From: an uncultured Clostridia bacterium
GTDB lineage: Bacteria; Bacillota; Clostridia; TANB77; CAG-508
Assembly (NCBI GenBank): GCA_944392175.1
Contig: CALXVT010000006.1
Location: forward strand, 1,077 to 65,076
Direction: 5' to 3'
DNA: 64,000 nt
Program-made: the position numbers and the translations under genes
In this document: piece after piece, positions 44,793-55,112 of the stretch
Position numbering within the stretch: the stretch's first letter is position 1
How the letters are laid out: the number at the start of each line of letters is the position of its first letter
Notes under the pieces: generated by a model
What the model saw: the letters and a program-made list of their open reading frames with translations, nothing else
Databases searched by the model: none
Told to the model about the DNA's origin: nothing

Positions 44793-45676
44793 TATTGCAT
44801 GATATTTGGAATCCTTGGCATGGATGTAAAAAAATAAGTGAAGGTTGCCAAAATTGCTATATGTATTATTTAGATAAAGCAAGAGCTGATAAAAGTGGAG
44901 AAGAAATATATAAAGTAAAAAATAATTTTGATTATCCATTGCATAAAAATCGACAAGGAAGATATAAAATTAAATCAGGAGAAATGATAAGAATATGTAT
45001 GACATCAGATTTCTTTTTAGAAGAGGCAGACAAGTGGAGAGAAGATGTATGGAAAATAATAAAAGAACGTAGTGATGTAAAATTTTTTATACTTACTAAA
45101 AGAGCAAACAGAATAAAAGAAAATCTTCCAATAGATTGGAATGAAGGATATGAAAATGTAATATTAAACGTAACATGTGAAAATCAAAAAAGAGCGGATG
45201 AAAGAATTCCAATATTATTAGATATTCCTGCAAAACATAAAGGAATTATGGTAGCACCTATGATTTCTAATTTAGAAATTAATAAATATTTAAGTACTGG
45301 TCAAATAGAACAAGTTTTATGTGGTGGTGAAAACTATGATGGAAATAGAATTTGTAGATTTGAGTGGGTTCAAAATTTAAGTAAACAATGTAAAAAATAT
45401 AATATTACATTTAATTTTATAGAAACAGGCACAAGATTTGTAAAAGATAATAAACTATATGTAATTCCGAGTAAAAAGGTGCAAAGTGAAATGGCATATA
45501 AATCAGGAGTTAATTTTAAAGGTAAGGATATTGATTTTAAGTTATATAATATATTTGGAAAAGAAATAAAAAGAGAAGATTTATATGTTCCTAAATTTGG
45601 TGAGAATTGTGAAAAATGTGCGAGCAGACTTACTTGCAATGGATGTACTAATTGCAAAAAATGTGTTATGAAATAA
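44786..45676 (+). CDS. DUF5131 (phage Gp37/Gp68) family protein with an extra C-terminal Cys cluster
   Basis: WNPWHGCKKISEGCQNCYMYY N-terminal signature. C-terminal CEKCASRLTCNGCTNCKKC. GTG start overlaps the ABC-F stop. Confidence 0.65.
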   Translation: MLILHDIWNPWHGCKKISEGCQNCYMYYLDKARADKSGEEIYKVKNNFDYPLHKNRQGRYKIKSGEMIRICMTSDFFLEEADKWREDVWKIIKERSDVKFFILTKRANRIKENLPIDWNEGYENVILNVTCENQKRADERIPILLDIPAKHKGIMVAPMISNLEINKYLSTGQIEQVLCGGENYDGNRICRFEWVQNLSKQCKKYNITFNFIETGTRFVKDNKLYVIPSKKVQSEMAYKSGVNFKGKDIDFKLYNIFGKEIKREDLYVPKFGENCEKCASRLTCNGCTNCKKCVMK

Positions 45677-45702
45677 ATTTTGAATACCATTTGTTTTTTG
45701 GC

Positions 45703-45731
45703 TTGAATAAAATAACTAAAAAGAGTATAAT
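45703..45731 (+). promoter_or_regulatory. Sigma-A-type promoter upstream of rsmE
   Basis: TTGAAT, 17 nt, TATAAT. Confidence 0.5.
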
Positions 45732-45761
45732 AAGTACGAAAAAGAAAAACGGGAGAGATAA

Positions 45762-46508
45762 ATGCCAAAATTTTTTATAAAATCAGAAAATTTAAAAGAA
45801 AATGAAGAAATTTGGATTACAGGAAATGATGTAAATCATATTAAAAATGTTTTAAGAAAAAAGCCAGATGATTTATTAAATGTATGTAATTCAGATACAA
45901 GTCAAAATTATGAAGTTAAAATATTAAAATTATTTGATGATAAAATAATTTGTAAAATTATTTCAGATAAAATATCAAATTCAGAGTCGGAATTAAATTT
46001 AACTATTTATCAAGGATTGCCGAAAGCAGATAAGATGGAGTTAATTATTCAAAAATGCACAGAATTAGGAGTAAAAGAAATAGTTCCAACAATCATGAAA
46101 AGATCTGTCGTAAAGCTTAAAGAAAAAGACAAGGAAAATAAGATTAATAGATGGCGAAAAATAGCAGAAGTTGCAGCAAAGCAATCAGGAAGAGATTTTA
46201 TTCCTAAAATTAATAATATCATTAATTTTAATCAAATAGATTATCTAAAATATGATAGAGTACTAGTTTTATATGAAAATGAAAACAAATTAAGCATAAA
46301 ACAGGTAATAAATGAATTAAAAAACGAAGAAATTTTAAATTTAGCTATTGTAATTGGACCAGAAGGCGGATTTGACGAAAAAGAAATTCAAGATTTAAGT
46401 CAGCCAAATGTAAATATCGTTACATTAGGAAAACGTATATTAAGAACAGAAACTGTAGCATTAGTTGTTAGCGGAATATTAATGTATGAATTAGGAGATT
46501 TAAATTAG
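45762..46508 (+). CDS. rsmE: 16S rRNA (uracil1498-N3)-methyltransferase
   Basis: RsmE architecture: PUA-like N-terminus, C-terminal IGPEGGF ... LGKRILRTETVAL. Confidence 0.88.
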   Translation: MPKFFIKSENLKENEEIWITGNDVNHIKNVLRKKPDDLLNVCNSDTSQNYEVKILKLFDDKIICKIISDKISNSESELNLTIYQGLPKADKMELIIQKCTELGVKEIVPTIMKRSVVKLKEKDKENKINRWRKIAEVAAKQSGRDFIPKINNIINFNQIDYLKYDRVLVLYENENKLSIKQVINELKNEEILNLAIVIGPEGGFDEKEIQDLSQPNVNIVTLGKRILRTETVALVVSGILMYELGDLN

Positions 46509-46519
46509 GAGTGTGTTAT

Positions 46520-47614
46520 ATGAAAAATAAGACAGATGTTAAAGAAAATAATAAAGAAACAAAAGAAGCAGTTTTAGATAAGAAAACGGAAAAAATAGTG
46601 GAAGAAATTGCAGAAGAAAAGAAAAAAGAAAAGAAAATGTCTAAAGAATACGAACAAAAAGCTAATAAAGCTATTTTTAAGAATATTATAATAGCAATAG
46701 TTATATTAGCATATTGTATATTAAAAATCTTAGGATTTATGAATATAAGAGAAGAAATATATATAGTAGACTTAAAAGTATTTAGTTTGTCTATACTTGT
46801 ATTTTCTATAATTATATTTGAAAGAAGTTATAAAAAAATAGATTTAACGTTATTTACACATGGATTAGAAGCTCTATTTGTTGCAATAGCAACATTGTGT
46901 GAAGTTTATGTATATCAAATATTCATAGAACAATTTGTTGTTGTTATAGCAATAGAATCTTTAATTATTGCGGTATATTATATTGCTAAATGTATAAAAA
47001 TATATGGTAAATACAAAAAAGAGTATTTAAAAAGTTTAAGCGATATTAGTGAAATCGTAAAAGAAGAGAAAATTATTAAAATAGAAACAAAAAGACAAAA
47101 AAAGAAAGAGAAAAAAGAAAACAAAAATGAAAAAAATGAGAAGAAAAATATTGAAAATAAGAAAGTAGAAAAATCAAATAAAAAAGAAGAAAAGAAGAAA
47201 AAGAAACCAGCGAAAATAGTTAAATTAAATAGTGAGGTAAAAGCTGAAAAGGACAGCAAAAATGATAAAGAAAATGAGGATAATAAAAAGAAAAAAGTAG
47301 AAGAAGTAAAAACAGAAGTGGATGATAAAAAAGATAAAAAGACTAAAACAAAAAAACAGACAAAAACTAAAACAGAAAAAGTTGAGGCAGAAGTAAAACA
47401 AGAAACTAAAACCAAAGTAGAAAATGATAAAAAAGTATCAATTCCTAAGAAAAGAACAAAAAAAGCAGAAAAAACAGTAGAAGATAATAAAAAAGAGAAT
47501 GAAAACAAAGAAGAAAAAGTAAAAGAAGAACCAAAAAAAGAAAAAAATGAAAAAACTAATCAAACTAAGGGAACTAATAAAAAGAAAACAACAAAAAATA
47601 ATAGTAAGAAATAG
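46520..47614 (+). CDS. Membrane protein with a Lys/Glu-rich low-complexity tail of about 190 aa
   Basis: Charged N-terminus, four hydrophobic helices, then a K/E/N-rich tail encoded by purine-rich DNA (about 47050-47610). Confidence 0.6.
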   Translation: MKNKTDVKENNKETKEAVLDKKTEKIVEEIAEEKKKEKKMSKEYEQKANKAIFKNIIIAIVILAYCILKILGFMNIREEIYIVDLKVFSLSILVFSIIIFERSYKKIDLTLFTHGLEALFVAIATLCEVYVYQIFIEQFVVVIAIESLIIAVYYIAKCIKIYGKYKKEYLKSLSDISEIVKEEKIIKIETKRQKKKEKKENKNEKNEKKNIENKKVEKSNKKEEKKKKKPAKIVKLNSEVKAEKDSKNDKENEDNKKKKVEEVKTEVDDKKDKKTKTKKQTKTKTEKVEAEVKQETKTKVENDKKVSIPKKRTKKAEKTVEDNKKENENKEEKVKEEPKKEKNEKTNQTKGTNKKKTTKNNSKK

Positions 47615-47626
47615 GAGATAATAATA

Positions 47627-48508
47627 ATGATTAGAAGTATGACTGGATTTGGAAGAGGAACTTTTGCAAATGATGAAAGAGAATATATTGTAGAAATAAA
47701 ATCTGTAAATCATAAATATGCTGATGTAAGCATAAGAATGCCTTATGTCTTAAGCTTTTTGGAAGATAAAATAAAAAAACATATTCTAGAAAAAGTTGCT
47801 AGAGGTAAAATTGATGTAAGTATTACATTTAATAATAATAGTAATATTGGAAAAACAGTAACATTAAATCAGGAAATGGCAAAGGTATATATTAATGAGC
47901 TAAAGAAAATGGCAGAAGAGAACAATATTATAGATGATATTTCGATAATGAAGATTTCTAGATTGCCAGATGTACTTAATGTTATACAAGATGACAATAC
48001 AGATTTATTTTGGAATGAATTAGTAATTGCAATTGATGAAGCTTTAAATGGTTTTATTCAAACAAAAGAAAAAGAAGGAACTAAACTTGCAGAAGATATG
48101 CAAATTAGATTGGACAATGTGTTTCAAAATATTTCAAAAATTTCAGAATATTCTTCTGGACTTATCGAGCAATATGTAGTAAAATTAAGGGACAGGATAA
48201 AAGAAATGCTACAAACAGATATTGTGGACGAAGCAAGAATTGCACAAGAAGTAGTTATATATGCAGATAAAACTTCAATAGAAGAAGAAGTAACTAGATT
48301 AAAAAGTCATATAGCACAATTTAAAGAATTACTAAATACAAAAGATATAGTAAAAGTTGGTAAGAAACTAGATTTTATTATACAAGAGATGAATAGAGAA
48401 ACTAATACAATAGGTTCTAAATCAAATTGTTTGGAAATAACAAATTTAGTAATAGAAATAAAAACTGAACTTGAAGATATTCGTGAACAAGTTCAAAATA
48501 TAGAATAG
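47627..48508 (+). CDS. yicC: YicC family protein
   Basis: [11 protein letters not shown]-terminus. C-terminal [14 protein letters not shown] ... IREQVQNIE. Confidence 0.9.
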   Translation: MIRSMTGFGRGTFANDEREYIVEIKSVNHKYADVSIRMPYVLSFLEDKIKKHILEKVARGKIDVSITFNNNSNIGKTVTLNQEMAKVYINELKKMAEENNIIDDISIMKISRLPDVLNVIQDDNTDLFWNELVIAIDEALNGFIQTKEKEGTKLAEDMQIRLDNVFQNISKISEYSSGLIEQYVVKLRDRIKEMLQTDIVDEARIAQEVVIYADKTSIEEEVTRLKSHIAQFKELLNTKDIVKVGKKLDFIIQEMNRETNTIGSKSNCLEITNLVIEIKTELEDIREQVQNIE

Positions 48509-48519
48509 GAAGTGATTAT

Positions 48520-48771
48520 ATGAAACTAATTAATATAGGTTTTGGAAATATAGTTTCTGCAGATAGAATTATAGCAATTGTAAGTCCAGAATCTGCACCA
48601 ATTAAAAGAATGGTGCAAGAGGCGAAAGACAAAGGAACCGCTATAGATGCTACATATGGTAGAAGAACTAGAGCAGTACTTGTAACAGATTCAGATCATC
48701 TAATACTTTCTGCACTTCAACCAGAAACTGTAGCTGCAAGATTGGACAAGAGTATGGCTAATAAAGATTAA
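48520..48771 (+). CDS. remA: Extracellular matrix/biofilm regulator RemA (DUF370)
   Basis: [28 protein letters not shown] ... [12 protein letters not shown]. Confidence 0.9.
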   Translation: MKLINIGFGNIVSADRIIAIVSPESAPIKRMVQEAKDKGTAIDATYGRRTRAVLVTDSDHLILSALQPETVAARLDKSMANKD

Positions 48772-48791
48772 TAATTAGGAGGTAATGTTTT

Positions 48792-48980
48792 ATGTTAGTA
48801 AAACCATCAGTTAACGAATTATTAACAAAAGTAGACAATAGATATACATTAGTAATAATGGTATCAAAAAGAGCAAGACAAATTGCTTCAGGATCAAAAC
48901 CAGTAACAGATGTTAAATCAAATTCAGTAATTTCATTAGCAACAAATGAAGTTGCTGAAGGTAAGGTGGTATTATGCTAG
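48792..48980 (+). CDS. rpoZ: DNA-directed RNA polymerase subunit omega
   Basis: MLVKPSVNELLTKVDNRYTLVIMVSKRARQI. Confidence 0.88.
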   Translation: MLVKPSVNELLTKVDNRYTLVIMVSKRARQIASGSKPVTDVKSNSVISLATNEVAEGKVVLC

Positions 48981-49549
48981 TTATTTTATCCGGTGTTGCT
49001 GGAGCTGGAAAAAATACAATACAAAAAGAAATCATTAAAAGAATGGAAAATGTAGTTGCTATTCCTTCTTTTACAGATAGACCAATTAGACCAGGTGATG
49101 TACCAGGAGAAACTTATAATTTTGTTACAACAGAAGAATTTGAAAGAATGATAAAAGATGGAGAATTATATGAATATGATATTCATCATAATCATTATTA
49201 TGGTACATCAAGAAAAGTTTTAAATGACAAAATTAAAGAAGGAAAAGTTATTATTAAAGATATAGATGTTAATGGAACAGAAAACTTAATAAATCTTTTA
49301 AAAAATGACACAAAAGTAATTACAATCTTTTTAAGAGTTCCAAAAGAAGAATTAGAAAAAAGATTAGAAACTAGAATAGATAAGCCAAGCCCAAAAGAAA
49401 TTAAATTAAGATTAAATAGGTTTGATTATGAAGAATCTAAAATAGATTTATATGATTATGTTTTAAAAAATAATGATTTAGAAAAAACAGTTTCTATTAT
49501 ACAAAAAATAATAGAAGAAGAATTAAAAGTAAAAAATCCAGAGTTTTAA
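48974..49549 (+). CDS. gmk: Guanylate kinase
   Basis: P-loop GVAGAGKNT. TDRPIRPGDVPGETYNFVTTEEF ... YYGTS. Overlaps rpoZ by 7 nt. Confidence 0.75.
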   Translation: MLVILSGVAGAGKNTIQKEIIKRMENVVAIPSFTDRPIRPGDVPGETYNFVTTEEFERMIKDGELYEYDIHHNHYYGTSRKVLNDKIKEGKVIIKDIDVNGTENLINLLKNDTKVITIFLRVPKEELEKRLETRIDKPSPKEIKLRLNRFDYEESKIDLYDYVLKNNDLEKTVSIIQKIIEEELKVKNPEF

Positions 49550-49601
49550 AATGGGGAGGGTATTTATAAATATCTTCCTTTTTATTTTTATAGGAGAAAA
49601 G

Positions 49602-51842
49602 ATGATAGCAGAAGTAATAGTTAATACAAATGTAAAAAGTTTAAATAAAATATTTGATTATAATATCCCTAAAGATTTGGAAAACAAGGTAGCAATTGGA
49701 AGTATAGTACTTATTCCATTTGGAAGAAATAAAAAATTAGAAGAAGGTTTTGTAACTAATATAAAAGAAAGTACTTCATTTGAAGTGAAAGATATTGCTG
49801 GAGTTGAACAAGCTTCATTATCAGAAGAAAAAATAGCTTTGGCAAAGTGGATGTCTAAAAAATATTTTTCAAATGTTGCAGAATGTATGAAATTGATGCT
49901 AAAACCAGGAACGACTAGTAAAAATTTCGCGAATAGAATTACAGAAAAACAAGCAACATTTGCTAAATTAAATCTTCCTAAAGAAGAAATTTTATCATAT
50001 ATTCAAAATAAAAAAATAAAATCAGAGAAACAAATTTCGATATTAAATTTTTTGATTTCAAATGATAATTCACAAGTTACTGAGATTATTGAGAAAACCA
50101 ATACATCAAGAGCAATTATTAAGACATTAGAAAAAAATGGTTTGGTAAATTTGTATAAAGGGCAAATTAAAAGAAATCCTTTGTTAAATAAACAAATAAA
50201 TAGAACAACAAATTTAAAATTTACTGAAGAGCAAGAATATGCATATAATAAGGTTTTAAGTGCGATAGAAAATAAAGAACATAAAGAATTCTTGCTATAT
50301 GGTGTAACTGGTTCAGGAAAAACAGAGGTTTATTTGCAATTAATAGAAGAAGTTATAAAAAAAGGAGAAAGTGCAATAGTTTTAGTTCCTGAAATATCAC
50401 TTACTCCTCAAATGATAAATAGATTTATTTCTAGATTTGGAAAAGATATTATCTCTGTTTTACATAGCAAATTATCAGTAGGAGAAAGACATGACAGTTG
50501 GGAAAAAATAGAAAATGGTGAAGCTAAAATAGTAATAGGAGCTAGATCTGCTATTTTTGCACCTGTACAAAATTTGGGAATTATTATAATAGATGAAGAA
50601 CATGATTCTTCTTATAAATCAGAGATGTCGCCAAGATATAATGCAAAAGAAGTTGCAAGTCAAATAGCTGAATATAATAATATTCCTGTTCTACTTGGAA
50701 GTGCAACTCCTGATATAAGCACATTTTATAAAGCGAAGATATCTAAAATAGAATTATTAAGACTTACAAAAAGAGCCAATAATTCCAATATGCCAAATAT
50801 CAAAATAATAGATTTGCGAAAAGAACTAGCAAATGGAAATAGAAGTATGATTAGTGTCCAATTATATAAAAGTATATTGGAAAATTTAAAGAACAAAAAG
50901 CAAACTATTTTATTTTTGAACCGTAGAGGTTTTTCAACTTTTATAATGTGTAGAGACTGCGGATTTGTGGCAAAATGCCCTAATTGCAATATAAGTCTTA
51001 CATATCATAAAAAAGAAGAAAAATTAAAATGCCATTATTGTGGTCATGAAGAGAATTTAATGAATATTTGCCCAGTATGTGGCAGTAAAAAAATAAAGCA
51101 TTTTGGAACTGGTACACAAAAATTAGAGTTAGAAATAAATAAATTATTTCCAAAAGCTACAACTATTAGAATGGATATTGATACTGTAACTAAGAAAAAT
51201 TCACATGAAGAAATTTTACGAAAATTTAATGAAGAAGGAATTGATATTCTTATTGGAACTCAAATGATTGTAAAAGGACATCATTTTCCAAAAGTCACAT
51301 TGGTTGGTGTAGTATCAGCAGACGGAAGTTTAAATATTGATGATTATAGAGCTAGTGAAAGAACTTTTGATTTACTTGTACAAGTAGCCGGAAGAGCAGG
51401 AAGAGAAGGATTACAAGGCAATGTAATTATACAAACTTATAATCCAGAAAATTATAGTATAGAATATGCTAAAAAACAAAATTATGAAGACTTTTATAAC
51501 GTAGAAATAAAATTACGTAAACAATTGAGATATCCTCCATTTTGTGATATAATAATGCTTGGAATGAGCGGAGAACAAGAAAAAAATGTTTGTGAAATTT
51601 CAAATAAAATATATGAAAAATTATCGGCTCAAATTAAAGAAAATAATATACAAGCAAATATATTAAAACCTTTACCAGCACCAATAGACAAAATAAAAAA
51701 TAGATATAGATGGAGAATAATTATAAAAACAAATTTAAGTGATAAACTAATAGAAATAATTAATGAGTGTCTATATGATGAAGAAATAACAAAGAGCAAT
51801 GTAAGAGTTATTGCAGATACAAATCCAACAAATATGTTATAG
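49602..51842 (+). CDS. priA: Primosomal protein N' (replication restart helicase)
   Basis: Walker A GVTGSGKTE, DEEHD, zinc-binding CxxC x4 (CRDCG, CPNCN, CHYCG, CPVCG). Start at the ATG after GGAGAAAAG. Confidence 0.93.
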   Translation: MIAEVIVNTNVKSLNKIFDYNIPKDLENKVAIGSIVLIPFGRNKKLEEGFVTNIKESTSFEVKDIAGVEQASLSEEKIALAKWMSKKYFSNVAECMKLMLKPGTTSKNFANRITEKQATFAKLNLPKEEILSYIQNKKIKSEKQISILNFLISNDNSQVTEIIEKTNTSRAIIKTLEKNGLVNLYKGQIKRNPLLNKQINRTTNLKFTEEQEYAYNKVLSAIENKEHKEFLLYGVTGSGKTEVYLQLIEEVIKKGESAIVLVPEISLTPQMINRFISRFGKDIISVLHSKLSVGERHDSWEKIENGEAKIVIGARSAIFAPVQNLGIIIIDEEHDSSYKSEMSPRYNAKEVASQIAEYNNIPVLLGSATPDISTFYKAKISKIELLRLTKRANNSNMPNIKIIDLRKELANGNRSMISVQLYKSILENLKNKKQTILFLNRRGFSTFIMCRDCGFVAKCPNCNISLTYHKKEEKLKCHYCGHEENLMNICPVCGSKKIKHFGTGTQKLELEINKLFPKATTIRMDIDTVTKKNSHEEILRKFNEEGIDILIGTQMIVKGHHFPKVTLVGVVSADGSLNIDDYRASERTFDLLVQVAGRAGREGLQGNVIIQTYNPENYSIEYAKKQNYEDFYNVEIKLRKQLRYPPFCDIIMLGMSGEQEKNVCEISNKIYEKLSAQIKENNIQANILKPLPAPIDKIKNRYRWRIIIKTNLSDKLIEIINECLYDEEITKSNVRVIADTNPTNML

Positions 51843-51904
51843 TGATTTGTGTATCAAAATAAAATCACATTGTTATAAAAAATTACTAAAAGGAGGAAAG
51901 TAAA

Positions 51905-52384
51905 TTGGCTATTAGAGAAATTAGACAAGCAGGAGATGAAATTTTAAGAAAAAAAGCAAAAGTTATAGAAACTTTTGACGATAGGTTAAAACAATTAGCA
52001 GAAGATATGATTGAAACAATGCACAAAAATAATGGTGTAGGATTAGCAGGTCAGCAAGTTGGAATATTAAAAAGAATAGTTGTAATAGATATTTATGATG
52101 GAAAAGGACCAATTGTTTTTATAAATCCAGTAATTACAAAGACTAAAGGAGAACACGAAGTTGAAGAAGGATGTTTAAGTTTTCCAAATCAATTTGCTGT
52201 TCTTAAAAGACCTAAAGAAGTTGAAGTAGAATATTATGATTTAGAAGGCAAAAAGAAAAAATTAAAGGCTAAAGATTTATTAGCTCAAGCAATTTGCCAT
52301 GAAACTGAACATTTAGATGGAATATTATTTATAGATAATATGATTCCAGGAACTTTAGAAATTGTAAAACCAGAAAATAATTAA
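51905..52384 (+). CDS. def: Peptide deformylase
   Basis: GVGLAGQQVG, EGCLSFP and HETEHLDG motifs. TTG start after AGGAGG. Confidence 0.92.
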   Translation: MAIREIRQAGDEILRKKAKVIETFDDRLKQLAEDMIETMHKNNGVGLAGQQVGILKRIVVIDIYDGKGPIVFINPVITKTKGEHEVEEGCLSFPNQFAVLKRPKEVEVEYYDLEGKKKKLKAKDLLAQAICHETEHLDGILFIDNMIPGTLEIVKPENN

Positions 52385-52402
52385 AAATAAGGGGGATGTG
52401 CC

Positions 52403-53389
52403 ATGAAGATATTGTTTATGGGAACACCGGATTTTGCATTAGAATCTTTAAAAAGTATATATGATGCAAATTTTGAAATCATAGGAGTTGTAACAAATCC
52501 AGATAAGAAAAAAGGAAGAGGAATGAAATTAACAGCTTCACCAGTAAAAGAATTTGCATTAGAAAAGAATCTAAAAGTTTATCAACCTCAAAAGGTAAGA
52601 AATAATGAAGAATTCATTAGTGAAATTAAAAATTTAGCACCTGATGTTATATGTGTTGTTGCATATGGAAAAATTTTACCAAAAGAAATTTTAGATATTC
52701 CAAAATATGGTTGTATAAATGTACATGGCTCTTTACTTCCAAAATATCGAGGTGCAGCTCCAATACAATGGGCAGTTTTAAATGGAGATAAAGAAACTGG
52801 TATAACAACAATGTATATGGATGAAGGTATGGATACCGGAGATATGATTTTAAAAGAAAAAATAGAAATTGGAGAGGAAGAAACTACTGGAGAGATTTGG
52901 GATAAGCTTGCTAAAATAGGAGGTAATCTTTTAGTTAAAACTTTAAAATTAATAGAAGAAGGTAAAGCCCCAAGAGAAAAACAAGGAGCAGAGTTTACTA
53001 TGGCTCCAATGCTAAGTAAAGAAATGGCAATTATTAATTGGCAAGATAAAACAGCAGAAGAAATACACAATTTAATAAGAGGATTAAATCCTATAATGGG
53101 AGCATATTCATATTTAAATGGTAAAAAAATTAAATTTTGGAAATCACAAGTTATTAATAAAGACGAATTTTTAAACAATAATCCAGAATTTAAAGAATAT
53201 GAAATTAAATTTAATGGATTAGAGCCAGGTACAATTATTATTTCAGATCAAAAACAAGGATTATATATTAAAACAATAGATGATGTTTTAAAAATAACAG
53301 AAATACAGGGCGAAAATGCTAAAAGAATGAAAACTGAAGATTTTTTAAGAGGAAATAATTTAATGGCTGGTTCAATGTTTGAGTATTAA
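52403..53389 (+). CDS. fmt: Methionyl-tRNA formyltransferase
   Basis: MKILFMGTPDFA, NVHGSLLPKYRGAAPIQWA. Confidence 0.93.
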   Translation: MKILFMGTPDFALESLKSIYDANFEIIGVVTNPDKKKGRGMKLTASPVKEFALEKNLKVYQPQKVRNNEEFISEIKNLAPDVICVVAYGKILPKEILDIPKYGCINVHGSLLPKYRGAAPIQWAVLNGDKETGITTMYMDEGMDTGDMILKEKIEIGEEETTGEIWDKLAKIGGNLLVKTLKLIEEGKAPREKQGAEFTMAPMLSKEMAIINWQDKTAEEIHNLIRGLNPIMGAYSYLNGKKIKFWKSQVINKDEFLNNNPEFKEYEIKFNGLEPGTIIISDQKQGLYIKTIDDVLKITEIQGENAKRMKTEDFLRGNNLMAGSMFEY

Positions 53390-53426
53390 GAAATAATTTT
53401 TATAAAATGGTTGTAAAAAAACATAT

Positions 53427-53470
53427 AAATTGATATACTTTATACAGATTTTAAGTATATCAATTTTTTT
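53427..53470 (+). terminator. Rho-independent terminator after fmt
   Basis: AAATTGATATACTT ... AAGTATATCAATTT followed by TTTT. Confidence 0.8.
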
Positions 53471-53519
53471 GATTATATGGAAATATAAGTAAAAAATATC
53501 TAATCTTAGGAGGTCTATT

Positions 53520-53909
53520 ATGGAAGAAAATAAAGAAAATATTGTAGAAAATATCCTAAACGAAGAAGAATATGTAATAAACATTTCTGATGAAGTAGTA
53601 ACAACTATAGCTGGAATTGCAGTAGCAGACATACCAGGTGTAGCAGAAATGGCTGGAGGCATTGCCGGAGGAATACAAGAAGTACTTAGTGGCAAAAAGA
53701 ATTTTAGTAAAGGAATTAAAGCAGACATAGATGGTAATGATGTAAAAATTGATGTAAATATAATCGTGAATTATGGTGTACGTATACCAGATGTTGCTTT
53801 TGATATACAAACAAAAGTAAAAAAATCAGTTGAAAATATGACAGGACTTAATGTTGAAGAAGTTAATGTACATGTTCAAGGTGTAAATGTAGAAAAAACA
53901 GAAGATTAA
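53520..53909 (+). CDS. Asp23/Gls24 family envelope stress protein
   Basis: ISDEVVTTIAGIAVADIPGV ... V ... VNVHVQGV pattern. Confidence 0.85.
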   Translation: MEENKENIVENILNEEEYVINISDEVVTTIAGIAVADIPGVAEMAGGIAGGIQEVLSGKKNFSKGIKADIDGNDVKIDVNIIVNYGVRIPDVAFDIQTKVKKSVENMTGLNVEEVNVHVQGVNVEKTED

Positions 53910-53926
53910 AATTAGGAGGAATATTT

Positions 53927-54475
53927 ATGAAGTTTTTAGATAGATTTATTTTAGTTATATATTCAATAGTTATGTTTTTATTATCAGTTCTAACAGCAGT
54001 TTTATTATTTAGATGGTTAGATATAGAAACAGTTCATACTTTTGTTAGAGATACATTATTTACAGAGCCTTATTCTAGTATAGTATTAGGTGTTGTAATT
54101 GTATTTATATTGTTTTCTATTAAAGCATTGTTTTTTAAAGGAAAAGATGAAAGAGCAACAAAGGATGGAGTATTACTACAAAATGATAATGGTAAATTAT
54201 TAATTTCTAAAGATACATTAGAAAACCTTGTTATAAATATTGCCAGAGGTTTTGAAGGAACAGAAAATGTTGTAGCTAAAGTTGGATTAGATAAAGAAAA
54301 TAATCTAATAGTATATGTAACTTTATATGTACATCCTAATGTTGTAATAAAAGACTTAACAACAAATATTCAAAATAGAATTAAAGATGCAATCAAGAAA
54401 ACTTCAGATTTAGAAACAAAAGAAGTAAATGTAAGAATTAGAAATATTACTCCAGAAACAAAAGTAGAAGCATAG
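53927..54475 (+). CDS. Alkaline shock response membrane anchor protein AmaP-like
   Basis: N-terminal TM helices plus a C-terminal Asp23-like region. Sits immediately after the Asp23 gene. Confidence 0.65.
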   Translation: MKFLDRFILVIYSIVMFLLSVLTAVLLFRWLDIETVHTFVRDTLFTEPYSSIVLGVVIVFILFSIKALFFKGKDERATKDGVLLQNDNGKLLISKDTLENLVINIARGFEGTENVVAKVGLDKENNLIVYVTLYVHPNVVIKDLTTNIQNRIKDAIKKTSDLETKEVNVRIRNITPETKVEA

Positions 54476-54489
54476 AAGGGAGGATTAAT

Positions 54490-54693
54490 ATGAATAATTT
54501 TAAGGATTTTTTATATGAATATAGAGGCGCAATAATAGGAGCAATAGTTGCAATAGTAATATTAGTAACAAGACTTTACCAATTAGTTATCGGAATTATT
54601 TTAATTGGTATGGGAATCTTCGTTGGAAATTATATACAAAGAAATAAATATGTTGTGAAAGAAAAATTAAAAAATTTTATAGATAGAATGTAG
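54490..54693 (+). CDS. DUF2273 small integral membrane protein
   Basis: 67 aa with two TM helices. Conserved position in the Asp23 operon. Confidence 0.6.
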   Translation: MNNFKDFLYEYRGAIIGAIVAIVILVTRLYQLVIGIILIGMGIFVGNYIQRNKYVVKEKLKNFIDRM

Positions 54694-54704
54694 AGGGGAA
54701 ATAG

Positions 54705-55112
54705 ATGGAAAAATCAGCCAAAAGAGAATTAACTTTTAAAATTTTATATAGTCTACAAATAAAAAAAGAAATCAATAATGAAGAAATTGAACTATTTTTA
54801 GAAGATAATAATTTAAGAGAAAAAGACAAAAAAGAAATAGAAGAAGATGTGGCAAATATAAATAAGAACATAGAAGAAATACAAAATAAAATTGCTTCAA
54901 ATTTAAAAGATAATTGGACAATTGACAGAATTTCAAGAGTAGATAATGCAATACTTACACTTGCAATTTATGAAATAGTGTATAAAAAAATACCTTTTAA
55001 AGTAGCAATAAATGAAGGTGTAGAGCTTGCAAAAAAATATGGTGGAGATTCATCTTCTTCATTTGTAAATGGAGTTCTTGCAAATATTGTTAAGGAGTTA
55101 AATTTAGAGTAA
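54705..55112 (+). CDS. nusB: Transcription antitermination factor NusB
   Basis: R..A.. ILY motif region. C-terminal [14 protein letters not shown] ... FVNGVL. Confidence 0.88.
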   Translation: MEKSAKRELTFKILYSLQIKKEINNEEIELFLEDNNLREKDKKEIEEDVANINKNIEEIQNKIASNLKDNWTIDRISRVDNAILTLAIYEIVYKKIPFKVAINEGVELAKKYGGDSSSSFVNGVLANIVKELNLE

